DNA of 45,731 nt, filler included, from Catajapyx aquilonaris (lineage: Eukaryota), in NCBI GenBank assembly GCA_000934665.2. It is 2 parts of 2 records of this genome, joined end to end, with 100 filler letters (N's around TTAATTAATTAA, not from the genome) between each part and the next. Parts side by side here need not be neighbours in the genome. Positions count along the whole stretch, not along the records: positions 1 to 22,797 come from JYFJ02005807.1; positions 22,898 to 45,731 come from JYFJ02005808.1. One strand, written 5' to 3'. The position numbers were made by a program, and so were the translations under genes. The notes beneath the pieces are model-generated. The model saw only the letters and a program-made list of their open reading frames with translations. It was not told the DNA's origin and did not search any database. Positions 13,843 through 25,865 of the stretch are shown one piece after another. How positions within the stretch are numbered: position 1 is the stretch's first letter; each line of letters starts with the position of its first letter.

Positions 13843-16800
13843 ATGCGAACGCCAGGTCATGCACAATCATGTTAATGACTACAGGATACACAAAATAAAT
13901 TAACCGAATCATTTTCATAATAATCTTCGGAATCACTAATAAGGCCTTGTTACCAACCCAGCTGTGCCTAAATTGAAATGTTCTACTCATGCTCATAGTT
14001 GACGGGACCGTGTCTTTTCGGGATGTGGCGTTTACCAGGACCAGGACCAGTATGGCAAGTTCCCTGCAACGGGGCTCAACTGCACAGTACAACCGGTACT
14101 CACTCTGGAACCAAAGCAAGAACACAGCACCTCATCCTCCTCGAAGTATGTGGACAAGGCATTGTGTATCATCCTACGCAATGCCATCAACTGGTCTAAT
14201 GACTCTTATTACGCTGAAGTGTCTTGGTTTTTCTTGTTTCTTTTCAGAAGTCTGTGAAAGTAGCCTTTCAACCCAAACTTTGTCAACATTCAGGTTAAAC
14301 ATCTTTGTCAGCGACGAGCAAATAGCTCGACGAGCAGCAGCCCGGGCGCTATATGCTACTGCTGATCGCAAGAGAGCTAGAATTACACGGGAGAGTCAGT
14401 ATTTCATTATGTTTTCCATGACACTAATTTGCTTAGATATCGACCAGCAGGTGTGCTCATGTGGAGTTAGAGAAAAATCTAGGGGTGAAAGGAATGTCTT
14501 TTAAACTAAGACTGGTTGTACCGACTTAAATTAATAGACCATTTACGAGTACACAGTGTAGCTATTGTACTATCAGTGCAACAAGAATTGTCGCAGCGCC
14601 AGCGCACGAACTACAATCTACGAGCACAGGTATACGAGAGACTGTAGTTCGTGCGCTGCCGCTTGCGACAATTCTTGTTGGACACCAGGTACACCTCTGC
14701 ATAATCGGAGAACTTCCCTTACTTTGCATTCAGCTTACAATTTATTGGAATAGCTCATATTAAAATATATCTGGAATTTAATAGTGTGGGAGCACATAAT
14801 AGGTCTCGCAGGAAGGGATGAAGCTCATTTCTTAACAAAGACCATTTGTATGTAGATGGAGGCTGATTTTATGAAAGGCATTTTGATTGTTCGCTTGGTA
14901 CCTGGCATTGTTGTTCAAAATCTAAGCATGCATGTTTGACAGGGGCCAACACTACTGATCATGGTGCTCCTGATGAAACGTTGGTTCAGCTGAAGCCTCC
15001 TGCACAGTTCTGGAACAAGTCGTCCGAATCAAATGACATCCTGCTGGATACAAGCAAAGGGCCAAGTAGACAAGAAGTAACTAAGGTTGACGAAAGGTCC
15101 AATAGCCCTACACAGAAGGATACAGGTGACATTGACCGTCCTGATTCTGTGGAAAGGCAAGTCGAGAAAGTTGCGTGAAATAGGCAAACTTTCTAGCTTC
15201 AAGTTGACTTATTTTCAGAGTTATGATATCACGACCTGTCTCAGCGCCGCTATCTGCCCGTGTCAGAAGTGAAGAGGGGTTGCAGGAAAGCCGAAAAGTA
15301 CAGTCGGCAATTATGGATGGATTCTTAGTAAGTTTTGTACATTAATTTCAAGTAGGCTATAATTATACCTGTAATAATTGTGAATGGCATGACAATCTAA
15401 AACGAAATGTGTTACTCCGCAGGAGCGTCACGGATTGAAACGTGGCACATCTCAAAATGCAAAAGAAATCATAATCGAGTGCTCTTCAAACAACATTCCC
15501 GATCTCGTAATGGGAATAGTCGATTTGTACGATTATTTGAACGCCGGAAACTTGTTCCCAACAAATCAGCTTAAGCAACTGACTAAAGTTTTGACGGCAG
15601 TTTTCTTAACAAAGTCGACAAAGGTTAGCAATTTTTTGGATAATTTCACGTGTAAATGCATACAGGTACTGCACTACCAATATGTAGTGATGTCTGGTAA
15701 AATTTATATATTGAATACATATGCTTGGTATCAAACCAGAGTATAGGCATGCAAACCCCCCCCCCCCCCCCCCNATCCTCTCTAAGGTCTTGCCTTTTGC
15801 ACACCCAGATAATTCAACTACTTGACAGTTAGCTAGGTTACCGGTACTGTATATAGGTTAATCATCATGCGTTTGTTTCAGCTCAAGACTTTTTTCCTTG
15901 AAGCAGTGCTGAAACTGCTGATGACGCATGCACCAAGACTTCATCATTGGCTGCAAGATTGTCTGGGTGGTACCTACGCTAATATGACTATGAATGTTGA
16001 GCCTGCAATAGAATCACAACTCCAGGGCATCATCACCATTGCCAGAGAAAGGTTTCCAGCTGACCTTCATCTGGTTTCCCTGTGCAGCTACGTCTACAAG
16101 CGACCTGCCGACTCCCGAGTCCGCCTGGCCATTTTATCCTCTATCCGTTCTCTGATCAAAAACCAGGTCACACCCGCAGATGTCCACCGTGTATCGACAA
16201 CTTCAGAATTTCGCTGTGCAATGATTCATATGATCACTTGGGCCGACTCTCTTTCATATGCGGCAAGTCTGACGGTCAGAAAGGCGACACCTTTGGATGT
16301 ACGCAAATTGTGTCGAGGTATCTTGTTCGCCCTAGAGGAATTGAACTACGATGCTGTGACCCGTGTCCTGTCAACTATGCCAAGTAATGTTAAAGAGGCG
16401 GCGTTCAGATTGATGTTCCCCCGCTGGCTAGACACTGCTCCCAAAGTCACCAGCTCAGTTATAATGCCAATATACTTCCCTCATGAAGCAGCAGCGTTGA
16501 AGGACGAGATTGGGTCTTCGAAAGCAGAAGGAACAAAGAGCCTCAGCTTTAATGAGTATATAGACATTTGTAAACAGAAGATAAAAACACCACCCTGTTC
16601 GAAGATACTAAGCCTGGTGGATGGCAGGATACATCTTAACACTGAATATGTCAAGGTAAGTCTGAATTTGCCGTTTCATTATTTTCTCATGACTAATTAC
16701 TGGAATTTAACCACCGGCCCTATTTCGTATATTTTTGTGCAATTGTTACTCCTTAACTTTTTCAATACCTGGAATATTTTGGTGATTGTTCGAGTTCCAA

Positions 16801-18570
16801 TCATCTGCATGGAGGTTAGAGGAGCAAAAATGCCTCAATGCACTTTTTTAGTTGGTTAGTTGGTTGGTTGGGAGAGCAAAAACAACTATGGCTATCTGGC
16901 ATAGGGGAGGATCAAATCTGAAGAGAGATTTTTGGACTGTGAAAGGAAATGGGGGAACCACGAGAAAACCCACTCGTACATGGAGAAAACCTCTCTTTAA
17001 CCACTAAACTATACTGTGCCATCCATGCGTTAAATGTATTACAACGCTCTCTTTCTAGAAGTGCTTTGCTAGTAATTATACACATATGACTACACCAACA
17101 GTTTGGTTAATCGTGAAGTAAAATTCGGATAAAAGGCTGTAGCCACCGATTCTTCCTATTTCGGTCACATCGACATAGGTACTGTACGTCAAAATATTTC
17201 AAGCATGGCCCCAGTTATAAACTTTTTAATGTGGTTGTATGCGAGATGATTTTAAAAACGGATTTTCATGAAGCTTATTTGATGCAAAATGGATCAATTA
17301 ATTTTAATGTGGACGTTTTAAAAAGTTTAATTCTGATTTGATACTAAAGAAAAAATTGTAGGAATTGCACGTCACAAACAGATATTTTAAGTGTGCCCAT
17401 TAATGGTTTAACCTTTCACCTGGAGCAGAGAAATATTCCTCATATTTCGTATTTTCTACTCGTTTCTTTTGTATTTTCATGAGTTTGTCATTTTCTGCAA
17501 CTACAGAATATTGAACAGTAGCAATGGAGAAAAGGATCCTAAAGAATATTGAATAAAATGCCAACATGTGTTGGGTTTTCCCAATCGTTTTAATCTAAAG
17601 AGAGTCAAGTGATAGTTTATCTGGAACTCGAACTTATTGCTTTGACCACCCTTTGTGTAGATTAGAAAACCTGTTCAGGTGAATACTGAATCTCAGTGGA
17701 CTATGCAATCCTTCGTCTTGCAGACATCAAGGAGGTCGAAGAAACTGACATCATCAGTACATTCCTCTCAAAAAGACACTTTTGGGCCCCCGGACGACGA
17801 CTCGGATGCTGCCATGCTTCATTGGGTTTTGAATAAGATCAGGTGCTATTTTGAATTCACAGCCCCAGATGATAGGACTAAATGCATAGAAAAGATACGC
17901 CATTTGATCACGTATGGCGACCCAAACCCCATACTGATAGACTTTAGGTAGGTTCTTGGCTTGATGCTTTTAGTTATAGGCTTCTAATCATGTCCCCACT
18001 TTTACAGAACTCTGTTTCGAGCATTGATGCAGTGTCTGGATGACGAGAGTGACAAGGTCCGGTGGCAGTCATTGATGGCAATATTGGACATGATTTGCCA
18101 TGTGAAATTCAAGCATTGTTTTGAATTGGTTTTGGTGCGCCTTCTTGCGAAAATCAGGCTGGCAATCTTGGATCCTTCTGACGATGTAACTACTCCTTGT
18201 TATACTTTAAAATCACTGTATAATCGTGCTAATGTGGCTATCAAAACTATATATCCTCATTTTCTCTGTGCAGGTGCAGAAGGCAGCAAAGGCCATTGGC
18301 CACGAAGTCATTTTGAACTTCTCCTTTCACGCAACGCTCCCTGTTCTACTTGCTATCATCGACAATTGTGCACACATTTCAGGGGTGGTGTATCTAATCA
18401 CCTTCGCAATTAAATCCTTCACTTTGGATTCCTCCGAGGGAAATATTCTGCATCTCCACTTTCTCGCCATCCAGAATGTGCTCAGCGAGGCTTTCGATAG
18501 ACGTGATATAGACACCAAAAGAGAAAGCATCTTATGCCTGGCAGCTTTATATGACAAGTTCGAGATTTAA
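13843..18570 (+). CDS. CLASP: Divergent CLASP (CLIP-associating protein/Orbit-MAST) paralog lacking TOG1/TOG2; model join(13843..13855,13999..14145,14248..14394,14943..15156,15219..15327,15423..15623,15882..16655,17661..17947,18008..18185,18274..18570), 788 aa; first exons tentative
   Basis: LQESRKVQSAIMDGF and QNAKEIIIECSS...DYLNAGNLFPTNQLKQLTKVLTAVFLTKSTK|LKTFFLE match the CLASP TOG3 region; C-terminal HEAT region (AFDRRDIDTKRESILCLAALY) matches the CLIP-interacting domain; all junctions keep frame, including one GC-AG intron at 15157. Confidence 0.75.
14570..14689. mobile_element. Short palindromic Tc1/mariner-type MITE in a CLASP-like intron
   Basis: CAACAAGAATTGTCGC..CAGCGCACGAACTACA / TGTAGTTCGTGCGCTG..GCGACAATTCTTGTTG; TA flanks. 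Confidence 0.7.
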
Positions 18571-19544
18571 GCGGTAGAGAAGTACAATGATCAAGAAGTC
18601 TCATGTATGGTTTAATACAATACCCTGCTCACCAACAAGAATAGTTCAGTGGAGGTCATAGCAATCCTCAGCTGTGTGGTAAATATGATGCACTGCTTTA
18701 ATCACAAAAAAGCAGCACAAATATAGCGTTTACCAGCAACTCACCTGTTGTGTTTTAATGTCTTGCTCCTACTATTTACTGCATGATCGATGGCAAATCC
18801 AGACAAAGTGATTAATCCCAAGTACATAACATTGATACCGAATTTGTTCTGGATAGGCCTATATCGATCGCCTATGCTAATCCTGTCTTAAGTTTTTTTT
18901 TGTCCTTCTCCAAAGTCACTGATAGCATCGTGCTTCTGATAAACAAGATTCTCTCGTAAGCTTTCTCATGGGTTAGGCCTACTATTAGACGGCAGGAGGC
19001 CGATTAACAGAATGACGACAAATCAACGAGTTTTTTCTTTACATTTTTATCCAGTAAGTTAAAATATAAAATATATATGACATATTCCTTCATGATTATA
19101 CAGGAAAATGGTTTATGCAAAATGTGTTAATGTAAGCATATTAACAGTTTCCCGGCACCAATCAAATACTGCCATTCATACACAGCGATACCTGTCTATA
19201 ACAGACTTTGGATGCAGCAGAAGTTTTGTATGGTCCTGATACTCCTGAATGATGATTTGCTATGATGTCTATCCAGAAAGTACAGTGCATTAAAATGCTT
19301 ATGAAATATCTCCCAGATTGCTAATACATAACAGCATGATGGTAGACACTGATGCGGCTAATGTTCTTGTATATTATATACCATGGTACCATGGCATACC
19401 ATTACCAGACTTTGTTAGGCACTCACTGTCAAGCCTATTTCGCTCTTTGGTCCGTATAGACTACATAATGATTGCTCAGATAGCTGTGTTGAGTCTAGAA
19501 CAAGACAGGTTCAAACCCAGGATCAAGCTGGACCAGTTGGTATA

Positions 19545-19713
19545 CAGGGTGTTTCAACTTTTTTGTCCGAACCGTTATCGGAAATATTGCACTAAGCTGC
19601 TACTTTGTAAGCAGTGACTTGCAACCGGTTTGTTGGAGGAATGGGGCTTACAAAGTAGCAGCTTAGTGCAATATTTCCGATAACGGTTCGGACAAAAAAG
19701 TTGAAACACCCTG
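19545..19713. mobile_element. Tc1/mariner MITE with perfect 68-bp TIRs
   Basis: 19545-19612 is the exact reverse complement of 19646-19713; begins CAGGGTG; TA TSD. Confidence 0.92.
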
Positions 19714-20397
19714 TATAAGTGGTATCATGGGGCAGAGGTGAGAAAAAGGTGCTGAAGTGAAGTGCCTGGAAGGAAGGACGTCCACTGGTGACCGCTGACG
19801 GAGGAGGACCCAAGATAGTAGAGTATCGTTTCATTTGTGTGTACTATTGGTGGTGATGACCGTCCTGTAGGCAAGTTATTGTAACATTAATTTTGGACAC
19901 TACCATTGTAAAACCAACCCGAACATTAAAACCAAATGATTGTTATTCAATGAAGTCGATTCACTTTATTTTGTACTAAAGAACCCAGATCATTCCGCAT
20001 GGAAAGGGAGGGTTAACCTTGTTGACTTTTAGTTGACCAGGGAATGATAACATTATGTGCAGAACCCAAAATCCGGATTTTTTTTCCTTAAAGATGGTAT
20101 ATAAATTGGTAGGTTTACCTTAGTTACTTAATCGCACCTAGTTCTGAAATTAATAATTCACCAATTTCCCTAAATTCAACTTGTAATAAATTGTGGCTGA
20201 TGAAATCACTGAAAGGTGACGTACCTACATTCTCCCACTAGATTAGACTGTCACGAAGTGGTTCGGCTTGCTTATTCTGTGATTTATATGCACAACTTCA
20301 AGGAATAATTTTTTCCCCAACCATCCTATATATAGGACATTGGGAACAAATAGTTTCATTAGATTAAATAAAATCACTTATTTACACTACCTTCTTT

Positions 20398-20768
20398 TTA
20401 TGCAATGTTTCCCATGGTCCCAATGGTCCCACGGCAGTTTGATGCAAGACAGAGGCACTTCTTCGGTTCCCCAGCACAGTGAAACTTGTCATCTGTGGTG
20501 ACCTCTGATCCTACTGGGATTTCCTTGATGGCAAAGAGTCCAATTCTGGTGTTCCCAGCCACCGACCACTTCTGAATCTCACAATTGGGATCACAACTGT
20601 GATTCGTGAAACGCGCCAAATTGCCACACTTTCCAGCATCTAGTATTGCATCTTTTTGTACCTCAAGGAAGTAGTCCCCCTCTGTGGAACCAGGAGCCAT
20701 GTTGGCAATTCTACGACGCATTTCATCTTCATTGATCATCTCACCCACGTATTCGATTAAAAATTGGC
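20398..20768 (-). pseudogene. NSD/SETD2-like SET + post-SET exon; partial gene or pseudogene with the catalytic Tyr substituted
   Basis: GQFLIEYVGEMI..YFL..DAGKCGNLARFTNHSCDPNCEIQKWSVAGNTRIGLFAIKEIPVGSEVTTDD..CLCLASNCRG; acceptor ttgcattccag just upstream of 20768; no upstream GWG-motif exon found. Confidence 0.7.
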
Positions 20769-20852
20769 CTGGAATGCAAGTAGATATTTGATGTGCAGTC
20801 ATATACACGACATAATTATTGCACATATTCAGAAATTCTTTACACTAGATTA

Positions 20853-20857
<5 letters not shown>

Positions 20858-20904
<47 letters not shown>

Positions 20905-21246
20905 GGGTTAGTGCATCGCCCATTGATGGGCATCTAGCACGGTACCTTTATTTGCTTTTTAGGTGTAGGCCTACAGCTACATTTTCGGTCCTTTTCTGTA
21001 ACGTCCGGGTACCACGAGTGATAGGGGATGACAGGAGGGGATGTGCAAAGTGCAGTGCAATGCGGTACGAGGTCATTTTGTGAACTCCCCCAGGTGGATT
21101 TGTCTATTGGATATTCCACCAAGAAACGAAGCCAGAGACGACCCACACTCTGCACGAGATGAAGGGGGTGTCCCCGGGCAGGATTTGATCCCGGGACCTT
21201 AACATCCGTGGGCGCACACGTTACCGCGGCGCCACTCCGTCTCCCC
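20858..21246 (-). mobile_element. tRNA-derived SINE, family 2 (diverged copy)
   Basis: Head GGGGAGACGGAGTGGCGCCGCGGTAAC..GGGATCAAATCC homologous to the 8205 copy; (ATT)n tail; degenerate TSD around GATTAAATAA. Confidence 0.85.
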
Positions 21247-22797
21247 TTACTGATTAAATAAGTTGGGCATATGTTGTCATAAGTTCTGCACTTTCCTGTT
21301 AATACTCGATTGATGAAAATCTTTGATTTTGCAATATCATTGCATTTGCTTACATTGTATGCCCAAAGTGAATTGATTCCATGCTGGGAGGACAATATCT
21401 AGAAGTGAAAGTTGCATGAATATACGAGATGAGATCCTGTCAATAAGGGCTCAAAATTGCTATAGAACGTGGTTAATTAATAAATAATTGATAAAAGGTA
21501 TGATGGGCATTTTTTATTTTTTATTGGCATAATTATCATGAGATCTAATAGTACACTTGGTTTCATAACTCCAAGCAACACCAACATACATTTTATTATG
21601 GGAAGTCATATCAGACGCGAAATATTTTTCAGAAACTATTCCAGCCTTACATTGCCTGGTATTAGCTACTGTACTGATGCATTATTAACTTAACAATAAT
21701 TGCGACATCCTTAGCGACTATTAAATGATGAACGTGCTCTCGAATGAACAAAAAATGTCACTTTAAAATTTTACGGCCTGTAAAACACCACTTAAAAGCC
21801 CGCCGCCTCTACTGTATACATATCGGGTTCCAATGTCCCTATTAAAAACGCTTTAGGCAATTCACGCCCTTTTGACGGACATTGTCCCCCATCGTCCCAG
21901 CCCCTGTGCCATTGTGCCCCACTGTCTCCAGATGCCCACCCAGGAGGAGAGATGAGTCAGAGGACCCTTTCCAGCTAAGCACCTGCAATTTGACCCACGG
22001 AGCCTTTAGTCATCCAAGCACAGTATACTGTGCTTGGATGACTAAAGGCTCCGTGATTTTCAAGGGGTCCTCAGAAAGGGAGAAAAAAAAAGGGACCATC
22101 TGGGGGGAACAAATGCGCCATTCTGCCTTCGCGTAACAACAACACCTGTCAATAACAGCCAAAATGTGACGGTGTTAGAGTCAGTCAATTTTGAATAATC
22201 TGAAGCTGAATACGAATATGAGAAGAAACCTAATTGGCTATAGTTTCAACTAAACATTACTATAATCACTCATAATTTGCAATTATTGCGTGACAATGTT
22301 TTGGACTCCCACTTGGCTAAAGTATGGTAATACAACATTCTGTACATATGTACAGTAGACTACTTGTGTACGAGTGTACCAGCCGTTTGGGTATTATCTG
22401 GTAAAATTGAAACCTGACCATCAAAGCCTACCCCTGACCCCTCTCACCCCGCGCTCCCCACACTCCAACCTTCNCCTACCCAAACAGTCCCAAAGCTGCA
22501 TTTGCAGATGTTGGTGCAATAAATTCCCAAGCAAATGACCAAGGAATTCGTCTTCTCGCCACGAGGGCTACTCCTGTGCAGTCATGCATGCCTAATTCGT
22601 CTCAAAATTTGCGAACTGCATAAGATTCAGAAAAATTCTGTAGGCCTATTTTTAAATGTTTTTGGCACCTTGCTCTATCGTGGCTCCTTTTTTTCCTGAA
22701 GTGTTATGGTCGTTTTAAAAAAATAACGGTAATTTTTTCGCTGATGTTTAGTTATGGAATGTGGCATAATTTAATAAAACTCGGGGGGGGGGGGGGG

Positions 22798-22897
22798 NNN
22801 NNNNNNNNNNNNNNNNNNNNNNNNNNNNNNNNNNNNNNNNNTTAATTAATTAANNNNNNNNNNNNNNNNNNNNNNNNNNNNNNNNNNNNNNNNNNNN
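22798..22897. other. Artificial assembly gap / contig linker
   Basis: 44 N + TTAATTAATTAA (stops in all six frames) + 44 N = exactly 100 bp. Confidence 0.95.
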
Positions 22898-24090
22898 TAT
22901 GATAAAAAATTTCATTGCAATTAAAGTAAAATGGCTTTAAATATTCCTTAATTCAAAAATGCACAGAAAATGGCATATCTGCAAGCCATGATAAAGATTT
23001 TTTTATTTTGTGCTAGATTTTTTGTAATTAATGTCATAACTGTTTTTGGGTTTGTGCGGCCCCTCAGGTTCATTATCAACATTTACATCCCGCTAAGTAA
23101 GAAATTAACATAGTGGCAGCAATTTTTACCAGACCCCACAGAAATTCACTGTCCAAGGTATAATCGTATTTATTTCAGTTGTTAACTGTCAAATGAACTT
23201 CAAATTTGGTATCCTCCTAGCTCAATTGTTACTATTCATAATTATCCATTCTAAAGTCCAGATAATCTTAATGGAAACTTTTTATCACATCCTGTGTATA
23301 ACCCCACCACTCCATTTTTTGGGGGTGTCCCAATATTTTCAGATCAGAGCAAGTACCTTGCCTTATTGGATTTCAAAATGGAATATTGCGTAACATTAAT
23401 CTATGTGGGTGCTACGAAAATTAATTTAAATATGGACGTGGTGCACAGTGCCACACTTGCCCCGCGATATGGGGTAAGTGCGCTTGTGGAAATCTCTCAG
23501 AGCAATAAACATTGCTCGGGTTGCATAGGAACAAAAAAGGGCACAAACTTCCTCTATCGGTTTGTTTTTCCCGGATAAAAAAATTCTAAGACGTTCTTAG
23601 ACGCCAAGGTGCCATTTTTAAGCATTTTTGCTCCTTAAGAGTCTGTTACCTGGAGGACCATATTTCCCAGAAGGTCAGGTTAAATATTAAACTTTATGTG
23701 TGCATTTGAAAGGTATTTTCACTGTCTATGTCTGTAACATGGTGACATAACCATGCTCAAAAAATCTAAGGTTCAAATTCCAAAATGGTGCCCATAATTT
23801 AGATTTTTATATTACGGAAAATTTCTACTCGCATTAATGTGTGAAATGAAAGGGAACATGTCAGAAAATGGGAGAATTTTTATTTTGCCATTATTTTGAT
23901 TTTTTGTTGCAATCATTTGAATTAGCTAGGCCAATTCAATTACAGGATGTGTTCTGTATGGGTTTCGCATGTGATTTTCGATAGCTCCTGCCACCTTGTG
24001 CTTCATAGTAGAAGCAATGACGCACTTACCCCAACTTACGTCATAGGCATACTATTTCATTATTCCTCCAGAATGTTGGTTTTATTTTGC

Positions 24091-25473
24091 TCAGCTTCGT
24101 ATGAAACAAATCACAGACATGTTTTTGTAGAGTAGAATAATTGCATCTCGGTAGCTCTGGATCCTGTATTAATGATAGGGGTACTTTTAAGTTATTGTAA
24201 CAACAGACTGAATCATAAAACATTGTTGGAGTAGCTTACCTGTAGACGTAAAGAAATACGTTGATGACGAAGTAGTAATTAGTGGAGAATGTGAAATATA
24301 TGTAAGGTCTGTCAAATGTGCTTCCTTTGAATGCCAGGTAGATGATGACTGGTGGTGCTGTCGTGCTGAAGTAAGCCAATCCCAGAAGAGTCAGAAGAAC
24401 AGTCATTTTCTTCTCTCTTTCCTTCAGGTCATGCAGTGTGGACTTGCCAATGTCTCTGGAAAGATTGGTACACCAGAGTGATCCTTCACATTACCATAGT
24501 TCCATGACTCACTTGAACTGCTTCAATTGAGACCAGTTCTGACGCAGCTTGATCCAGATCAGAAGGAGACAGACCAGGACAATGACCAGTGGGACAATCC
24601 TGTATAATCCATACATAACGTAGGCTTCTAAGTGATCCACTTCGACAATCATTGAGCATATTCCTTTGGTCCTGCTGTAGCCATAGCCATACTGAAACTG
24701 ATTGTGTCTTGTTAATACCGAGAGTGTATGGGCTATATCTAGTGTATGTCATTTTCTACGAGATTTTGGATGTGTGCTTCGTGGCATGCCGCTTTTAAAC
24801 TTCAATAGGTTTCAATTGTTTACTCACCGCCACATATATTGGCACCACACCTGATACCATCCACACAAACATCGCTGCAGGAACACCACTGTACGACTCA
24901 AAGAGAACGTCGTTGCCTGTAGGCCACCATAGTTGTAACGCCCTTTGCAGAAGGAAACGATAGTATTCAATTTGTTGCTTTTACATCGTAACAGTAATAA
25001 TACCTGCTCATTGTAGCTGCTGCCAAGGAATAAGAAGACGCCAAGGACATGTAGACGAGAAGAAAGCCGGAGAAGTAGCAACATCTGGTGCCCATAACCC
25101 ACTTTCGGCACAGAAACGTCACTCCCAAACCGGAGAGGTTGACGAAACAGTACAGTCCATCAGCCAGACTCAGGCTGAGAAGAAGGACAGTGGTTGGGCT
25201 CTTGAGAGGACTTCTAGGGTCCCTGGTCCTCCACCTGGCGTAGGGAATGGCCACCAGCACCAGCAAGTTGCCAAATCCTCCAACCACACTCAGGAGGAGC
25301 CAATATATGCCTACAATAATGGTGAAATAGTAAGGATGGTCCGGGAAGCAGCATGATGGCACCTCTTGTTGTGTCAGACACACTCGAGATGTCTCCTGGT
25401 CGTCTCTTGCACAGAAAGACGACACATTCAGGCCGATGCTGGAGGAGTTGTTGACCTGTACAGAGCCTCTCAT
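24091..25473 (-). CDS. Class A GPCR, Tre1/moody-like, copy G1; exons 25004-25473, 24828-24942, 24513-24697, 24240-24455, 24091-24163 (352 aa)
   Basis: 7 hydrophobic helices; GN in TM1, LSLAD in TM2, WVMG..C in ECL1/TM3, INVFLY in TM7; all introns GT-AG and in frame; a 2-bp insertion shortens the C-tail. Confidence 0.85.
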
Positions 25474-25865
25474 TGCTAGTGAGTGACTGGTTGTAATGGC
25501 GTAGAAAAGTTTATTGTTTTGAGATAAATATTGTGTTCTTTTTCTCTGATTGATGACTCCCTGTGACAATGGATTCGAGCATTATTTGCCCCAGTGTCGA
25601 TGAACTGTACTATTTGCATGCAGTGTCAAACAGAAAACAATGGGTCAGTCCCCCAACATGAAAACCTTTTCCCCTGTTTGATATGCATTGACAAAGACTG
25701 ACTTATCAAATAAAGCTTCTGAGACAATATTGCGACCTGTTGATTTTATTGATGAAGACGTTGACGACAAATTAGTAGAGGGTTGGATAAGCTTTCACAA
25801 TCATTATTGTTTATTGTTATTGTTACCATTGCTGGCCCACTCGTATTGAGCGAAAATATTAACTA

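Noticed and set aside
20194..20226. CTGATGA plus hairpin resembling a hammerhead ribozyme core (also ~7028)
   Set aside because: The required GAAA after stem II is absent in both copies (GTAC, ATAT), and stems I and III were not found
22898..23950. AT-rich region with short ORFs
   Set aside because: Looks like non-autonomous DNA-transposon sequence; termini not identifiable and no coding signal
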